Program-made: the position numbers and the translations under genes
From: an uncultured Ignavibacteriales bacterium
GTDB lineage: Bacteria; Zixibacteria; MSB-5A5; GN15; FEB-12
DNA length: 64,000 bases
NCBI GenBank assembly: GCA_964464605.1
Contig: CAYXJN010000002.1
Location: forward strand, 186,001 to 250,000
Reading direction: 5' to 3'
Shown here: in pieces, positions 10,738-23,921 of the stretch
Numbering within the stretch: the first letter of the stretch is position 1
How the letters are laid out: the number at the start of each line of letters is the position of its first letter
Notes under the pieces: generated by a model
The model's database searches: none
What the model saw: the letters and a program-made list of their open reading frames with translations, nothing else
Told to the model about the DNA's origin: nothing

Positions 10738-12822
10738 CTAAGATAACTTCGCACTTTCGAGCATTTTTTTCGAAACTTCATTCGGTACTTTCTGGTACCG
10801 GGCAAACTGCATGGAGAACACTGCGCGTCCCTGTGAGATATTGCGCAAGGTGTTCGCGTACCCGAACATTTCAGACAACGGAACGGAAGCAGATACAACA
10901 GTCGCCGTATCGCGCGGAACCATGCCGTTAATCTTTCCACGACGGGAATTCAAGTCACCGACGACTGAACCCATGTACGCCTCCGGCACGACCACTTCTA
11001 CGTCCATGATCGGTTCCAGAATAATCGGGTCAGCTTTTCTGCAGCCCTCCTGAAGCGCCATCGAACCGGCGATTTTGAACGCCATTTCGCTTGAGTCAAC
11101 TTCATGGTAGCTGCCGTCGAACAATTCCATATGGATTCCAGTCAGCGGATAGCCGCAGAGAATACCGTTTTGCAACGCTTCTTTGGCGCCCTTTTCAACT
11201 GCCGGGATATATTCGCGGGGGATGTTACCACCCACGACTTTGTTTTCGAATTTGAATTCAGAACCGTCATCAGTCGGACGAACGCGCACATACACGTGAC
11301 CGAACTGACCTTTACCGCCGGACTGACGGACGAATTTACCTTCCGCCTCGACACCTTTGGTAATCGTTTCTTTGTACGCCACCGAGGGACGACCCACGGA
11401 TGCATGGACGCCGAATTCACGCATTAAACGATCGACGAGAATTTCAAGGTGAAGCTCACCCATACCGGAAATAATTGTCTGGGCGGTTTCTTCATCATGC
11501 TTGACGCGGAATGTCGGATCTTCATCGGCCAGCTTCATCAGACCGTCGGTAAGCTTGTCCTGATCCGCTTTGGTTTTCGGTTCAATAGAAACGGAAACAA
11601 CCGGTTCCGGAAAGCTCATGCTTTCGAGCACGATTTCATTTTTGATATCGCAGAGCGTGTGACCGGTCGTCGTTTTACGCAGACCGATAGCGGCGATAAT
11701 GTCACCGGCATAGGCGACTTGAATATCTTCACGCTTGTTCGCATGCATACGCAGCAAACGGGCAATACGCTCTTTGGTATCGCTAACCGTATTTTGCAAA
11801 TACGAACCGGATTCGATTTTACCGGAATAGACACGCAGATAGGTCAAACGTCCGACAAACGGGTCGGTCATAATTTTGAAAGCGAGCGCTGAGGTCGGTT
11901 CATCGACACTCGGCTTACGCTCAAGTATCTTTTCCGTGTCTTCAACGGCATGACCTTTCACCGGCGGTTTATCGAGCGGTGAGGGCAAAAAGTCGATAAT
12001 GCCGTCTAAAAGGGACTGCACACCCTTATTTTTGAATGATGATCCGCAGAGCACCGGCACCATATGGGCGTTAATTGTCGCCTTGCGTACGGCAGCCATT
12101 ACTTTTTTGGGATCGAGTACTTCGTCATTTAAGAATTGTTCGAGAAGATGATCGTCGTATTCCGCTACCGCTTCAAGCAGTTTTTCACGGTAGGCACGGG
12201 CTGTTTCCATCATATCGCGAGGGACTTCGATATCTTCGAATGTCGTACCGGTAGATTCTTCGTGGAACACGCGGCATTTCATCGACATCAGATCGATAAT
12301 ACCGCTGAACATATCCCCTTCACCGGCCGGAATGTTGACTGCCACGCACTTGGTGGCGAAACGATCATTCAGCATACCGAGCACGTTGGCGAAATTCGCG
12401 CCGACACGGTCCATCTTGTTGATGAACGCAATACGGGGCACGCCGTATTTGTCAGCCTGACGCCAAACGGTTTCAGACTGCGGCTCCACGCCACCGACCG
12501 CGCAGAACAACGCAACCGCGCCATCGAGCACGCGCAGGGAACGTTCTACTTCGACGGTAAAGTCGACGTGACCGGGAGTATCGATAATATTGATCGTATG
12601 GTTACGCCATTGACAGTAGGTAGCAGCGGAGGTGATAGTAATACCACGCTCTTTTTCCTGCTCCATCCAGTCCATGGTAGCCGCGCCGTCGTGCACTTCG
12701 CCTAAGCGGTGCGTACGGCCGGTATAAAACAGAATGCGCTCGGTAGTCGTTGTCTTACCGGCGTCAATATGCGCCATAATACCGATGTTTCTAACTTTTT
12801 CAAGATTGCTGGGCGCAGACAT
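10738..12822 (-). CDS. fusA: Elongation factor G
   Basis: [38 protein letters not shown]. Confidence 0.99.
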   Translation of the reverse strand: MSAPSNLEKVRNIGIMAHIDAGKTTTTERILFYTGRTHRLGEVHDGAATMDWMEQEKERGITITSAATYCQWRNHTINIIDTPGHVDFTVEVERSLRVLDGAVALFCAVGGVEPQSETVWRQADKYGVPRIAFINKMDRVGANFANVLGMLNDRFATKCVAVNIPAGEGDMFSGIIDLMSMKCRVFHEESTGTTFEDIEVPRDMMETARAYREKLLEAVAEYDDHLLEQFLNDEVLDPKKVMAAVRKATINAHMVPVLCGSSFKNKGVQSLLDGIIDFLPSPLDKPPVKGHAVEDTEKILERKPSVDEPTSALAFKIMTDPFVGRLTYLRVYSGKIESGSYLQNTVSDTKERIARLLRMHANKREDIQVAYAGDIIAAIGLRKTTTGHTLCDIKNEIVLESMSFPEPVVSVSIEPKTKADQDKLTDGLMKLADEDPTFRVKHDEETAQTIISGMGELHLEILVDRLMREFGVHASVGRPSVAYKETITKGVEAEGKFVRQSGGKGQFGHVYVRVRPTDDGSEFKFENKVVGGNIPREYIPAVEKGAKEALQNGILCGYPLTGIHMELFDGSYHEVDSSEMAFKIAGSMALQEGCRKADPIILEPIMDVEVVVPEAYMGSVVGDLNSRRGKINGMVPRDTATVVSASVPLSEMFGYANTLRNISQGRAVFSMQFARYQKVPNEVSKKMLESAKLS

Positions 12823-13016
12823 ATATTTACCTCACTAATACCCGACAAAACCGCTGACTCTTGCGCGGGTAAGCACATTAACATCAATTTCAACTGTGGA
12901 TTGGAATCACCAAGCAAGAGGTCGGGAAACGAGTTTGTTCGCTCCGACATTGCGAACCTATTGCTTACATACCTATCACACGAAAACTGTGTGTTGTCCC
13001 GTGCGGGAACAACCGC

Positions 13017-13487
13017 TTACCATTTGAAGTGCGCGAAAGCCTTATTGGCTTCGGCCATCTTGTGGGTATCCTCCTTCTTCTTGATTGATGCGCCTTCATT
13101 ACTGGAGGCAGCGAGCATTTCTCCGGCCAGTTTTTCGGCCATTGTTTTGCCGCCGCGACCTTTGGCGTACGTAATTATCCAACGAATCGCCAGAGCCGTA
13201 CGACGATCCGCACGTACTTCCACCGGAACCTGATAGGTAGCACCACCGACACGGCGGGATTTTACCTCGATAACCGGCTTGACGTTATTTACTGCTTTAT
13301 GAAACACTTCCAGGCCGTTGTTGCCTGACTTTTTTTCCATCATATCGATAGCATCATACAGACAATTTTCCGCGATCGAGCGCTTACCGCCGATCATCAT
13401 GCAGGAAACAAACTCGCTGATAACCCGGTCACCAAACTTCGGGTCAGCGGTAATCTGACGATGCAAACTTGAGGTACGACGTGACAT
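13017..13487 (-). CDS. rpsG: 30S ribosomal protein S7
   Basis: SRRVGGATYQVP, HKMAEANKAFAH. Confidence 0.98.
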   Translation of the reverse strand: MSRRTSSLHRQITADPKFGDRVISEFVSCMMIGGKRSIAENCLYDAIDMMEKKSGNNGLEVFHKAVNNVKPVIEVKSRRVGGATYQVPVEVRADRRTALAIRWIITYAKGRGGKTMAEKLAGEMLAASSNEGASIKKKEDTHKMAEANKAFAHFKW

Positions 13488-13490
13488 ACG

Positions 13491-13895
13491 TTACTTCTTC
13501 TTCGCCTTAGCTGCTTCAGCGCCGGCTTTCGGTTTCTTTGTTCCATATTTCGAGCGGCTGCGCTTGCGGTCTGCGACTCCGGTGGTGTCCATCGAACCAC
13601 GGACAATGTGGTACCGGACGCCGGGAAGGTCTTTCACACGACCGCCGCGAATCAGCACGATTGAGTGTTCCTGCAAATTATGTCCTTCACCGGGGATATA
13701 AGCGGTGACTTCAAATTTGTTCGTCAGGCGGACACGGGCAACCTTGCGAAGCGCGGAATTCGGCTTCTTCGGCGTGGTGGTGTACACACGGGTGCAGACT
13801 CCCCGTTTCTGAGGAGATGAAACCAATGCCGGAGACTTGGTCTTAACGACCAGGACTTCACGACCTTTACGAACTAACTGACTTATTGTAGGCAC
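13491..13895 (-). CDS. rpsL: 30S ribosomal protein S12
   Basis: [26 protein letters not shown] start. Confidence 0.99.
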   Translation of the reverse strand: MPTISQLVRKGREVLVVKTKSPALVSSPQKRGVCTRVYTTTPKKPNSALRKVARVRLTNKFEVTAYIPGEGHNLQEHSIVLIRGGRVKDLPGVRYHIVRGSMDTTGVADRKRSRSKYGTKKPKAGAEAAKAKKK

Positions 13896-13940
13896 TCAAT
13901 TACTCCAAAACGTTGCTATACATCAAAAAAACAGACTCGC

Positions 13941-13969
13941 AGTCTATCAATTCTGACTTTGGCTGTCAA
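13941..13969 (-). promoter_or_regulatory. sigma70-type promoter of the str operon
   Basis: TTGACA-N17-TAGACT on the minus strand, overlapping the rpoC stop codon, ~45 bp upstream of rpsL. Confidence 0.7.
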
Positions 13970-16900
13970 GCCTTTTCATCAAAAATGTTCGCCAATGCGG
14001 CCTCGCCGGGTTCTCCCGAGGCAAGCTGTTCCTCATCTTCCGGTTCAGGCTCAACCGAGATCGACTTGTACTTCTCGATACCGGTACCGGCAGGGATAAG
14101 ATGACCGATAATGACGTTCTCTTTAAGGCCAAGCAGGTAATCGACTTTACCGGCCACGGCGGCTTCGGTGAGCACTTTCGTGGTTTCCTGGAATGAAGCG
14201 GCCGAAATAAAGCTTTCCGTGGTCAATGAGGCGCGGGTAATACCCAACAACAGCGGTTTGGCTGTGGCCGGTTCCCCGCCTTCGGCAATAACACGGGCGT
14301 TTTCTTCGGCGAACTTGATCTTATCGACTTTTTCGCCTTCGAGAAAATTCGTATCACCGACATGCTCGACCTGTACTTTCTGCAGCATCTGACGGACGAT
14401 AACTTCAACGTGCTTGTCGTTGATTTTCACGCCCTGTAAACGATAGACTTCCTGAATTTCATTCACCAAATAGGCTTGTACTTCGTACACACCTAAAATA
14501 GCGAGAATATCGTGCGGGTCTTTGGCACCTTCGCACAAACGGTCACCGGCGGTCACACGGTCACCGGAGTGAACCATCATGTGCTTACCGTGCGGAACCA
14601 GATATTCCCGTTCTTCATCATGGTCTCCCTTCACGATAATCTGCTGCTGACCACGGACGATCTTACCGAAATCGACAGTTCCTTCGATTTCGGAAACGAC
14701 CGCCGGATCATGCGGGCGACGCGCTTCGAACAGTTCGGCAACGCGCGGCAAACCACCGGTAATGTCGCGGGATTTTGCAATCACACGCGGCATCTTTACC
14801 AGCGTGTCGCCGGCTTTGACTTCCTGTCCATCTGTTACCTGCAGCTGCGCATCGGTCGGAATACGGTAGCTGGCTACCATATGACCTTTGGCGTCTTCAA
14901 CGATAACGGTCGGGAACAATGACTTATCGCGCGTTTCCGTAATAATCAGCTGAATGAGGCCGGTCTGGTCGTCAATCGCTTCACGAACGGAGACATCGAT
15001 AATGATATCTTTGAATTTAACTTTACCATCTTTTTCCGTCAGGATCGAACCGGTATACGGATCCCATTCGTACACGACATCCCCTTTTTCAAGGCGCTGT
15101 CCGTTTTGTACTTTCAGGGTTGCCGCATACGGCACTTTCAAACGCTGACGAACGCGACCCTTGTCATCGATCAAGTGAGCTTCCACCTGACCTTCACGCG
15201 AGATAACGATAACGGTACCGTCCTCACGAGTAAGGGTGCGTACATTTTCAATCTTGATCGTACCGGCGTATTTCGCTTCTACCTGAGACTGTTCAGCAAT
15301 ACGGGCTGCCGTACCACCGATGTGGAAGGTACGAAGGGTAAGCTGTGTTCCCGGTTCACCGATTGACTGGGCAGCGATAACACCGACCGCTTCGCCGACA
15401 TCAACCAGCTTTAACGTAGCAAGGTTACGACCGTAGCACTTGGTACAGACACCAAACTTCGATTCGCAGGTGAGCACCGAGCGAATACGAACGGTTTCAA
15501 TACCGGCTTCTTCGATAGCGACTGATTCCGCTTCACGGATTTCATCGCCGTTAGCGACAATCAGGTCGTTAGAAATCGGATCATAAACATCTTCAAGCGT
15601 TACGCGGCCGAGAATACGGTCACGCAGCGATTCGATGACTTCTTCCCCTTCTTTTAGGGCGCTGACATCAAGACCCAAAATCGTTCCGCAATCGAGTTCA
15701 CGGATGATAACGTCCTGCGCAACGTCAACCAGACGACGGGTCAAATAACCGGCGTCGGCAGTTTTCAGTGCGGTATCAGCAAGACCTTTACGGGCACCGT
15801 GCGTGGAAATAAAGTATTCCTGCACCGATAACCCTTCGCGGAAGTTCGAGGTAATCGGGTTTTCAATAATTTCACCGACACCACCGGTAATTTTCTTCTG
15901 CGGCTTGGCCATCAATCCGCGCATACCGGCCAACTGGCGAATCTGTTCTTTCGAACCACGAGCGCCGGAATCGGCCATCATATACACCGGGTTAAAACCC
16001 TGATTGTTGGCCGCGAGTGTTTCAAACAATACACTTGACACTTCGTTGGTCGTGCGAGTCCAGGTATCGATCACCTGATTGTACCGTTCACCGTTGGTAA
16101 TAACACCGCGTTCATACCGCTTGAGAATTTTTGCGATATCTTTTTTGGCGTCATCTATCAGTTTGTTTTTCTCATCCGGAATGACCAGATCCAAAATAGA
16201 GACTGTCGCACCGGCGCGGGTCGCAAAACGGAACCCGATATCTTTTAAGCGATCCAAAAATTGCGCTGTTTCACGCGGTCCAAACAACCAATAGGCGCGG
16301 CTGACCAATTCTTCAAGCTGCGACTTCTTGGCTCCATCGTTGTAAAACGGCATCCCCTTCGGCAGGACGGAATTGAAAATCATACGGCCGATAGAGGTGC
16401 GAATCATCTGATTGTCGACGCGAATATCAACGAGACTGTGCAACGCAACCAAACCGGCATCATACGCGGCAAGCCCTTCTTCGTAAGAAGAGAACTTAAG
16501 TCCTTCACCAAGACCGCCGGGGCGGGTTTTGGTCAGGTAGTAGCAGCCGAGTACGATATCCTGCGATGGAATCGCAATCGGGCGGCCGGATGACGGCACA
16601 AGAATGTTGTTGGTCGAAAGCATGAGCACACGGGCTTCCAACTGTGCTTCGAACGACAGCGGAACGTGTACGGCCATCTGGTCACCATCGAAGTCAGCGT
16701 TGAACGCCGCGCAAACGAGCGGATGCAAACGAATCGCTTTTCCTTCCACCAGCACCGGATAAAAGGCCTGAATACCTAAGCGGTGAAGGGTGGGCGCACG
16801 ATTGAGCATGACCGGATGGTCTTCAATAATCTCTTCTAAAATATCCCAGACTTCGGGGCGTTCCCGCTCCACCAGCTTTTTCGCTGATTTCACCGTCTGG

Positions 16901-18072
16901 ACATATCCTTTTTCTTCTAATTTTGAAATGATAAACGGCTTGAACAGTTCAAGGGCCATGTTCTTCGGCAGACCGCACTGGTGCAGTTTCAGTTCCGGAC
17001 CGACCACGATAACGGAACGACCGGAATAGTCGACACGCTTACCGAGCAGGTTCTGACGGAAGCGACCCTGCTTTCCTTTCAACAGGTCGGAAAGGGATTT
17101 AAGCGGACGCTTGGAATCACCACGTACGGAATGCGTACGACGGCCGTTATCGAACAAAGCATCGACCGCTTCCTGAAGCATGCGCTTTTCGTTACGCAAA
17201 ATGACTTCCGGAGCCTGAATGTCGATGAGTTTTTTCAGACGATTGTTACGGTTAATGACACGACGATACAGATCGTTCAAGTCAGAGGTCGCAAAGCGGC
17301 CACCTTCAAGTGGCACGAGCGGACGAAGATCGGGCGGAATAACCGGAACGATATTCAAAATCATCCATTCCGGACGATTCTGCGACTGACGGAATGCTTC
17401 GACAATACGCAAACGCTTGAGCACATCTTTTTTGCGCTGAACCGACGTTTCAACCTTGGCTTGAGCGCGAAGGGTGACGGCGGTTTCTTCGATATCGATC
17501 TGACGGAGCATTTCGCGAACGGCTTCCGCACCCATTCGAGCATCGAATGATTTACCGGCTTCCTCAACTTCAAAGAATTCTTCTTCGGTGAGCACATCCC
17601 CGACTTTAAACGAGGAATTACCCGGATCGATCATCAGATAGCTTTCGTAATAGAGCACCTTTTCCAGATCGCGCATGGAAAGATCAAGCAAATTACCAAT
17701 TCGTGACGGGAGTGATTTGAAATACCAGATATGCGAAACCGGCACGGCCAGTTCGATATGACCCATCCGTTCGCGTCGTACTTTCGATTGGGTAACTTCA
17801 ACGCCGCAGCGATCACACACGATCCCGCGGAAGCGAATCCGTTTGTATTTACCGCAGTTGCATTCCCAATCTTTCACGGGGCCGAAAATTCGTTCGCAAA
17901 ACAGACCATCCCGCTCCGGTTTGAATGAGCGGTAATTGATCGTCTCCGGCTTGGTTACTTCCCCGTATGACCAGGAAAGAATCATATCCGGCGAGGCGAT
18001 CTGAATCTGAATAGCGGCAAAATCGTTCGGACTTTTCCGTGCGTTGGGACTTCCCGTCATTATCTCAAGCAT
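13966..18072 (-). CDS. rpoC: RNA polymerase beta' subunit
   Basis: NADFDGD active-site motif, Zn ribbon CNCGKYK...CDRC, RTFHIGG. Confidence 0.99.
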   Translation of the reverse strand: MLEIMTGSPNARKSPNDFAAIQIQIASPDMILSWSYGEVTKPETINYRSFKPERDGLFCERIFGPVKDWECNCGKYKRIRFRGIVCDRCGVEVTQSKVRRERMGHIELAVPVSHIWYFKSLPSRIGNLLDLSMRDLEKVLYYESYLMIDPGNSSFKVGDVLTEEEFFEVEEAGKSFDARMGAEAVREMLRQIDIEETAVTLRAQAKVETSVQRKKDVLKRLRIVEAFRQSQNRPEWMILNIVPVIPPDLRPLVPLEGGRFATSDLNDLYRRVINRNNRLKKLIDIQAPEVILRNEKRMLQEAVDALFDNGRRTHSVRGDSKRPLKSLSDLLKGKQGRFRQNLLGKRVDYSGRSVIVVGPELKLHQCGLPKNMALELFKPFIISKLEEKGYVQTVKSAKKLVERERPEVWDILEEIIEDHPVMLNRAPTLHRLGIQAFYPVLVEGKAIRLHPLVCAAFNADFDGDQMAVHVPLSFEAQLEARVLMLSTNNILVPSSGRPIAIPSQDIVLGCYYLTKTRPGGLGEGLKFSSYEEGLAAYDAGLVALHSLVDIRVDNQMIRTSIGRMIFNSVLPKGMPFYNDGAKKSQLEELVSRAYWLFGPRETAQFLDRLKDIGFRFATRAGATVSILDLVIPDEKNKLIDDAKKDIAKILKRYERGVITNGERYNQVIDTWTRTTNEVSSVLFETLAANNQGFNPVYMMADSGARGSKEQIRQLAGMRGLMAKPQKKITGGVGEIIENPITSNFREGLSVQEYFISTHGARKGLADTALKTADAGYLTRRLVDVAQDVIIRELDCGTILGLDVSALKEGEEVIESLRDRILGRVTLEDVYDPISNDLIVANGDEIREAESVAIEEAGIETVRIRSVLTCESKFGVCTKCYGRNLATLKLVDVGEAVGVIAAQSIGEPGTQLTLRTFHIGGTAARIAEQSQVEAKYAGTIKIENVRTLTREDGTVIVISREGQVEAHLIDDKGRVRQRLKVPYAATLKVQNGQRLEKGDVVYEWDPYTGSILTEKDGKVKFKDIIIDVSVREAIDDQTGLIQLIITETRDKSLFPTVIVEDAKGHMVASYRIPTDAQLQVTDGQEVKAGDTLVKMPRVIAKSRDITGGLPRVAELFEARRPHDPAVVSEIEGTVDFGKIVRGQQQIIVKGDHDEEREYLVPHGKHMMVHSGDRVTAGDRLCEGAKDPHDILAILGVYEVQAYLVNEIQEVYRLQGVKINDKHVEVIVRQMLQKVQVEHVGDTNFLEGEKVDKIKFAEENARVIAEGGEPATAKPLLLGITRASLTTESFISAASFQETTKVLTEAAVAGKVDYLLGLKENVIIGHLIPAGTGIEKYKSISVEPEPEDEEQLASGEPGEAALANIFDEKA

Positions 18073-18132
18073 GGGTCACTCCTTCTTTCCACAATATCAG
18101 TCGAATCGGACGCACTCCGTGCGCTTGCTTCG

Positions 18133-21100
18133 TCACTTTTCTATCAGCTTTACATCCAGCCCGAGCGCCTGGAGTTCTTTGACAAGAACGTTGAACGCTT
18201 CCGGATAGCCGGGTTCAGGTGGATTCTCACCTTTCACAATCGCTTCATACACGCGGCTGCGGCCGGTAACGTCGTCGGATTTCACCGTCAGCATTTCCTG
18301 CAGCGTGTAGGCTGCACCGTATGCTTCAAGTGCCCAGACTTCCATTTCCCCGAAACGCTGGCCACCGAACTGCGCTTTACCACCCAACGGCTGCTGGGTA
18401 ACGAGCGAGTACGGCCCAATGGAGCGGGCGTGAATCTTGTCATCGACAAGGTGAGAAAGCTTTAACATATAGATGATGCCCACCGTGACATGGTTATCGA
18501 ACCGGTCACCGGTAAGACCATCAAACAATTCAATTTTTCCGTTATCGGGCAGACCGGCCTGACGCAGTTTTTCTTGAATCTGCTCAAGCGTTACACCTTC
18601 GAATACCGGGGTAGCGACTTTTTCACCAAGCCGCTTAGCCGCCCAGCCTAAGTGTGTTTCCAAAATCTGTCCGACGTTCATACGAGACGGCACACCGAGC
18701 GGATTCAACACGACATCCACCGGATTACCATCCGTCATAAACGGCATATCTTCCACCGGAACAATACGCGAAACGACACCTTTGTTACCGTGACGTCCGG
18801 CCATCTTATCACCCACCGAAATTTTGCGGCGAATAGCGACCGTGACTTTCACTAACTGTTTCACGCCCGGAGGAAGTTCCGCGCCGCGAACCACTTTGTC
18901 GATTTCGATTTCCTGTTCCTGTTTCTTCAATTCAATCAGGTTGTGCGCTTCTTTTAAGATGCTTTCAACATGACGATTGACTGCATTTTCCGTAGACCAG
19001 CCTTCCGGCGCGACGGCGTTCGTGAAATCGAATTCCGCGAAGAAGTCGGCTTTGTATTTGTGGCCGGAGCGAATCAAGACAGAATTATCGGCGGCTGAGC
19101 GGACAGTGTTGGAACTGTGTCCTTCCAGCAATTCACCAACACGCTCTGCGCGAAGTTTTTCAACTTCCAGAATCGTTTTACGGAACATGTTCTTAATCTG
19201 CGTAATCTGGGTACGCTCATTCTTCTTGGCCTCTTCGCTTTTTTCTTTGCGCGTAAAGACCTGAGTCTTGATAACGACACCCTTCATGCCGGGTGGCGCC
19301 TTCAAGGACGCATCCCGCACGTCGCCGGCCTTCTCTCCGAAGATTGCCCGCAAGAGGCGTTCTTCCGGAGAAAGTTCGGTTTCACCTTTCGGCGTCACCT
19401 TACCGACTAAAATATCACCCGCTTCCACTTCCGCGCCGACGCGAACGATTCCGTTTTCGTCGAGATTCAAAAGCGCTTCTTCCGACACGTTCGGAATTTC
19501 GCGGGTTATTTCTTCTGAACCGCGTTTGGTGTCACGCACCTGCAGTTCATATTCTTCTATATGAATCGAAGTAAAGACATCATCCTTCACCAACCGTTCG
19601 GAAAGGATGATAGCGTCTTCGAAGTTATATCCGCGCCACGGCATAAAGGCCGCCAGCACGTTGTAGCCTAAGGCTAATTCCCCGTCTTCAACCGCCGGAC
19701 CGTCGGCTAAAATGTCACCGGCTTTAATGGTCGCGCCAAGCGCAACCACCGGACGGTAAGACACGCAGGTATCCTGGTTGGAACGGCGGAATTTGGTCAG
19801 ACGATACTCATCATCTTCAACAAATCCGAGTTCCCCGGCTTTGACCCGCACCTGCGGGTGCACAACGACCTTATTCGAGTCTACATAGATAACCGTACCG
19901 GCGTGACGGGCGCGAATAACCGCGCCGGCATCAGCCGCAGCCTTTCCTTCCATACCGGTTCCGACAATCGGAGCGGCAGCGCGAAGAAGCGGTACAGCCT
20001 GACGTTGCATGTTTGAACCCATCAAGGCGCGGTTGGCGTCGTCATGTTCCAAGAACGGAATCAAGGCCGCCGCAACTGACACGATCTGACGAGGAGAAAT
20101 ATCCATGTACTGGATTTCATCAGCTTTGACATACGGATAGTCAGAACGCTTACGCGCGCTGACATATTCGGCAACAAATTTACCGTTCTTGTCGATCGGT
20201 TCATTGCTCTGCGCGATGAAATACCGGTCTTCTTCATCCGCGGCCAGATATACGAATTCATCCGTTACCTTGCCGTTGACTACTTTACGATACGGAGTTT
20301 CCAAAAATCCATATTTGTTAATCCGCGCGAACGTCGCCATGGAAGTGATAAGACCGATGTTCGGTCCTTCCGGCGTTTCAATCGGACACATACGGCCGTA
20401 GTGGGTGTGGTGTACGTCGCGGACTTCGAATCCGGCGCGTTCACGTGTCAAACCACCCGGGCCGAGGGCCGACAAACGGCGCTTGTGGGTCAGTTCCGAA
20501 AGCGGGTTCGTTTGATCCATGAACTGGGAAAGCTGTGATGAACCAAAGAAGGTTTCGACAACCGACGAAACAGTACGCGCATTAATCAATGACTGCGGTG
20601 TTACGTTTTCCTGATCTTTGAGTGACAACCGTTCCCGCACGGTACGCGCGACACGCGCCAAACCGACCGAGAACAGATTGGCAAGCAACTCACCGGCCGT
20701 ACGGGCGCGGCGATTGCCAAGATGATCGATATCATCGGTAAACCCTTGTCCGTTGCACAAACCAACCAAGTACGTGATGATGGCGATAAAGTCTTTTGCA
20801 TCTAATACTGTTTTGTTGAGCGGAATATCGAGACTCAAGCGCTGGTTCATCATGTACCGGCCGACTTCACCTAAATCGTAACGCTTGGTGTTGAAGAAAT
20901 ACTTCTCCAGCAAGGACTGCGCCATTTCCAGATTCGGTGATTCACCGGGACGAACTAAGGCGTAAATTTTTAAGAGTGCTTCTTCGGTCGACTTGGTCGG
21001 ATCCTTGCGCAGCGTATTGAGCACGACAAAGGCTTCTTTACGGTCTTCCCGAATAATCGCCTGAATCGTCTTGTGACCATAGGAAAGTAATTTTTCGACA

Positions 21101-21900
21101 ACTTCTTCCGTCAGCGGCTCGCCGATGGAGTAGACGATTTCGCCGGTTTCGCTGTCGATAATCGTTTCGCCAAGAAATGAGCCATCCAGCTTTTCCGTCT
21201 TTTCACCCTTGAGCGAAACTTTGGTCAGCTTATGAAACAGCTTGACGATTTCCTCGTCGGAGGAATACCCTAATGCACGAAGCATCGTGGTCGCAGGAAT
21301 CTTGCGCTTGGAGTCGATGTAGATGTACATGACGTCGTTGATATCGACGTTGAATTCGACCCAGCTTCCGCGGTACGGAATAATACGGGCGGTAAACAGC
21401 GCTTTGCCGTTCGGGTGCATTTCTTCATCGAAAAACACGCCCGGACTTCTGTGCAGCTGTGACACAACGACACGTTCGGCGCCGTTGATAATAAACGTGC
21501 CCCATTCGGTCATGATCGGCAGTTCGCCGAAATAGACGTCCTGCTCGATAATGTCTTTAACCTGCTTGTTTTCCCCTTCACCCTGGCGGGAAATCAACCG
21601 CATGGTGACTTTGAGGGGAGCGGCATAGGACATATTCCGCTCGCGGCATTCTTCAAGGCTGTAGCGAGGCGGGCCGAGGTAATAGTGCAGAAATTCCAGT
21701 GAGAAATTTTCGTTTACGTCGGCAACCGGGAAGGTCTCAAGGAAAATGGCATTCAGACCTCTGTTTTCCCGCTTCTTGACGTCAACGTCGGCCTGCAGAA
21801 ACAGCTTATATGATTCGACCTGCACGTCCAGAAAATTGGGCATCAGGCTCAAATCGGAAATTTCGCTCTGCCCGACTTTTTGCATTACAATACGTGACAA
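18133..21900 (-). CDS. rpoB: RNA polymerase beta subunit
   Basis: [39 protein letters not shown] start at 21900 preceded by AAGGAGG. Confidence 0.99.
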   Translation of the reverse strand: MSRIVMQKVGQSEISDLSLMPNFLDVQVESYKLFLQADVDVKKRENRGLNAIFLETFPVADVNENFSLEFLHYYLGPPRYSLEECRERNMSYAAPLKVTMRLISRQGEGENKQVKDIIEQDVYFGELPIMTEWGTFIINGAERVVVSQLHRSPGVFFDEEMHPNGKALFTARIIPYRGSWVEFNVDINDVMYIYIDSKRKIPATTMLRALGYSSDEEIVKLFHKLTKVSLKGEKTEKLDGSFLGETIIDSETGEIVYSIGEPLTEEVVEKLLSYGHKTIQAIIREDRKEAFVVLNTLRKDPTKSTEEALLKIYALVRPGESPNLEMAQSLLEKYFFNTKRYDLGEVGRYMMNQRLSLDIPLNKTVLDAKDFIAIITYLVGLCNGQGFTDDIDHLGNRRARTAGELLANLFSVGLARVARTVRERLSLKDQENVTPQSLINARTVSSVVETFFGSSQLSQFMDQTNPLSELTHKRRLSALGPGGLTRERAGFEVRDVHHTHYGRMCPIETPEGPNIGLITSMATFARINKYGFLETPYRKVVNGKVTDEFVYLAADEEDRYFIAQSNEPIDKNGKFVAEYVSARKRSDYPYVKADEIQYMDISPRQIVSVAAALIPFLEHDDANRALMGSNMQRQAVPLLRAAAPIVGTGMEGKAAADAGAVIRARHAGTVIYVDSNKVVVHPQVRVKAGELGFVEDDEYRLTKFRRSNQDTCVSYRPVVALGATIKAGDILADGPAVEDGELALGYNVLAAFMPWRGYNFEDAIILSERLVKDDVFTSIHIEEYELQVRDTKRGSEEITREIPNVSEEALLNLDENGIVRVGAEVEAGDILVGKVTPKGETELSPEERLLRAIFGEKAGDVRDASLKAPPGMKGVVIKTQVFTRKEKSEEAKKNERTQITQIKNMFRKTILEVEKLRAERVGELLEGHSSNTVRSAADNSVLIRSGHKYKADFFAEFDFTNAVAPEGWSTENAVNRHVESILKEAHNLIELKKQEQEIEIDKVVRGAELPPGVKQLVKVTVAIRRKISVGDKMAGRHGNKGVVSRIVPVEDMPFMTDGNPVDVVLNPLGVPSRMNVGQILETHLGWAAKRLGEKVATPVFEGVTLEQIQEKLRQAGLPDNGKIELFDGLTGDRFDNHVTVGIIYMLKLSHLVDDKIHARSIGPYSLVTQQPLGGKAQFGGQRFGEMEVWALEAYGAAYTLQEMLTVKSDDVTGRSRVYEAIVKGENPPEPGYPEAFNVLVKELQALGLDVKLIEK

Positions 21901-21918
21901 GGCTCCATCCTCCTTTAT

Positions 21919-21969
21919 CAAAATAAAGAAATACCGTCCACGAGCGAAAACGCATCGCACGGCATTTCT
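21919..21969 (-). terminator. Terminator/attenuator-like hairpin in the rplL-rpoB leader
   Basis: mRNA AGAAATGCCGT...ACGGTATTTCT 11-bp stem (one G-U pair) followed by TTATTTT, just before the rpoB RBS. Confidence 0.55.
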
Positions 21970-22156
21970 AAAATCCTCAGATCGTTATCAGTCGATTCTG
22001 TCATTTCGTTTTTCTGGTCTCCCCGGCGTTCACCGGTCGGGAGCATCGATGCAGACAATCAACCGAATTACAAACGGACACTGTCAATCGTTAATCTGCT
22101 TTCGGTATGGTAGTATAACCATTCTCCAGTAGTACAGTTCCCTGAGTCAGGAGGTA

Positions 22157-22540
22157 TTACTTAATCTCCACCTGAGCGCCCTGCTCTTCGAGCTTGGCCT
22201 TCATCTTCATCGCTTCATCCTTGCTGATACCTTCTTTCACCTTCTGGGGAGCGCCTTCGACTAAGTCTTTGGCTTCCTTCAGGCCGAGGTTGGTCAGTTC
22301 GCGGACGACTTTAATGACGTTGATCTTCTTTTCACCGCCATTGGTCAGGATGACATCGAATTCAGTCTTTTCTTCAGCCGGAGCTGCGGCTGCGGCACCA
22401 CCGCCGCCACCCTGCATCACTACCGGAGCGGCTGCGGTTACACCGAACTTCTCTTGAATTGCTTTGGACAGATCTGCAAGATCCATCGCGGTTAATCCGG
22501 CGATCTTTTCTACGATTTCGCCTACTGCTGCATTTGCCAC
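22157..22540 (-). CDS. rplL: 50S ribosomal protein L7/L12
   Basis: [28 protein letters not shown]. Confidence 0.98.
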   Translation of the reverse strand: MANAAVGEIVEKIAGLTAMDLADLSKAIQEKFGVTAAAPVVMQGGGGGAAAAAPAEEKTEFDVILTNGGEKKINVIKVVRELTNLGLKEAKDLVEGAPQKVKEGISKDEAMKMKAKLEEQGAQVEIK

Positions 22541-22611
22541 GTCTAAGTCCTCACTCTCTACTATTGTTATTCTTCTTCTACAACGTAATCAGGTTCCCAT
22601 CCGGAAACCGG

Positions 22612-23133
22612 TTATTCACTCTTCTTCTTTTCCGCCAGCGCATCAATGGTACCGATCAACTTCTGGAAGAAGTTATCAAGCGAACCAATAAGGCTCGTGA
22701 ACGGAGCTTCCACCGCGCCGACAACCTGTGACAACAAAATCTCCTTGGACGGGAGATCTGCCAAACGGCTGATTTCGGCGGACTGGTGGAGGTGGTTATC
22801 AACCACGAACGCTTTCATCTTCGGGCGCTCTTTGTCCTTAAAGGAATCATTGAGCACCTTCGCCGCCGCTGCCGGATCATCCGAGGTAAACGCTACCGCG
22901 GTCGGGCCTTTGAGATGTTTGGCGATATCCGGAACATTCGCCTGATGCGCAGCGATGCGAATCAGCGTGTTCTTGGCGACAACGTATTTAACCTTCTTTT
23001 GACGAAGGTTTTTACGAAGCGCACTGATATCTTCAACATTCAGTCCCTGATAGTCAGTGACGAAAAACGCATTTGCTTCTTCAAACAGCTGCTTGAGTTC
23101 AGCAACCGATTCAACTTTTTCTACTTTAGGCAT
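22612..23133 (-). CDS. rplJ: 50S ribosomal protein L10
   Basis: DYQGL, VAKNTL, LKGPTA, LADLPS. Confidence 0.97.
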   Translation of the reverse strand: MPKVEKVESVAELKQLFEEANAFFVTDYQGLNVEDISALRKNLRQKKVKYVVAKNTLIRIAAHQANVPDIAKHLKGPTAVAFTSDDPAAAAKVLNDSFKDKERPKMKAFVVDNHLHQSAEISRLADLPSKEILLSQVVGAVEAPFTSLIGSLDNFFQKLIGTIDALAEKKKSE

Positions 23134-23154
23134 GACTAAGACGATTCCTTTCTT

Positions 23155-23856
23155 TTACTTTGAACCGCCCGTCATCGCGGTTAAATCCAGCTTGATGCCC
23201 GGACTCATGGTCGAACAAATAGTCGCGTTCAACACATAATGTCCCTTGGCCGAAGCAGGACGCGCCCGCATAACAGCGTCAATGAACGTGTTAACATTTT
23301 CAAGAATCTTATCTTCGCTGAACGACATCTTTCCGACGGCGGCCGCGAGATTCGATTGCTTGTCAACGCGGAATTCGATTCTTCCGCTTTTCACTTCCTT
23401 CACCGCTTTGGTAATATCCATAGTCACGGTTCCGGTTTTCGGGTTCGGCATCAGCCCGCGGGGACCGAGCACCTTACCGAGCGCACCCAAAAGACGCATC
23501 ATGTCCGGCGTGGCAACAGCTACGTCGAATTCTGTCCACCCGCCTTTGACCTTCTCAGCCAAATCTTCGGCTCCGACGATATCGGCACCCGCTTCTTTGG
23601 CTTCGTTGGCTTTGTCACCGGCAGCGAACACGGCGACGCGAATCGACTTACCGGTTCCATGCGGCAACGCTACCGTTCCACGAACCATCTGGTCAGCATG
23701 CTTTGGATTCACACCCAACCGCATAGAGACTTCAACTGATTCGTCGAACTTGGTGTACTTGTTTTCCTTCAGAATTTTGATCGCATCCGGCAGCGCATAC
23801 CGCTGCTGGCGGTCAATTTTCTCACGGAAAGCGAGTTGTTTCTTTGATCTCTTCAT
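23155..23856 (-). CDS. rplA: 50S ribosomal protein L1
   Basis: [23 protein letters not shown]. Confidence 0.98.
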   Translation of the reverse strand: MKRSKKQLAFREKIDRQQRYALPDAIKILKENKYTKFDESVEVSMRLGVNPKHADQMVRGTVALPHGTGKSIRVAVFAAGDKANEAKEAGADIVGAEDLAEKVKGGWTEFDVAVATPDMMRLLGALGKVLGPRGLMPNPKTGTVTMDITKAVKEVKSGRIEFRVDKQSNLAAAVGKMSFSEDKILENVNTFIDAVMRARPASAKGHYVLNATICSTMSPGIKLDLTAMTGGSK

Positions 23857-23921
23857 ATCCTCAATTCTCCCCGTGGGCTCGGCTATACCGGCCCCAGGTG
23901 GTAACGAATGATGTTTTTGTC

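Noticed and set aside
20440..20560. Rifampicin-resistance substitutions in RpoB cluster I
   Set aside because: [23 protein letters not shown] retains the sensitive-type D, H and S residues.
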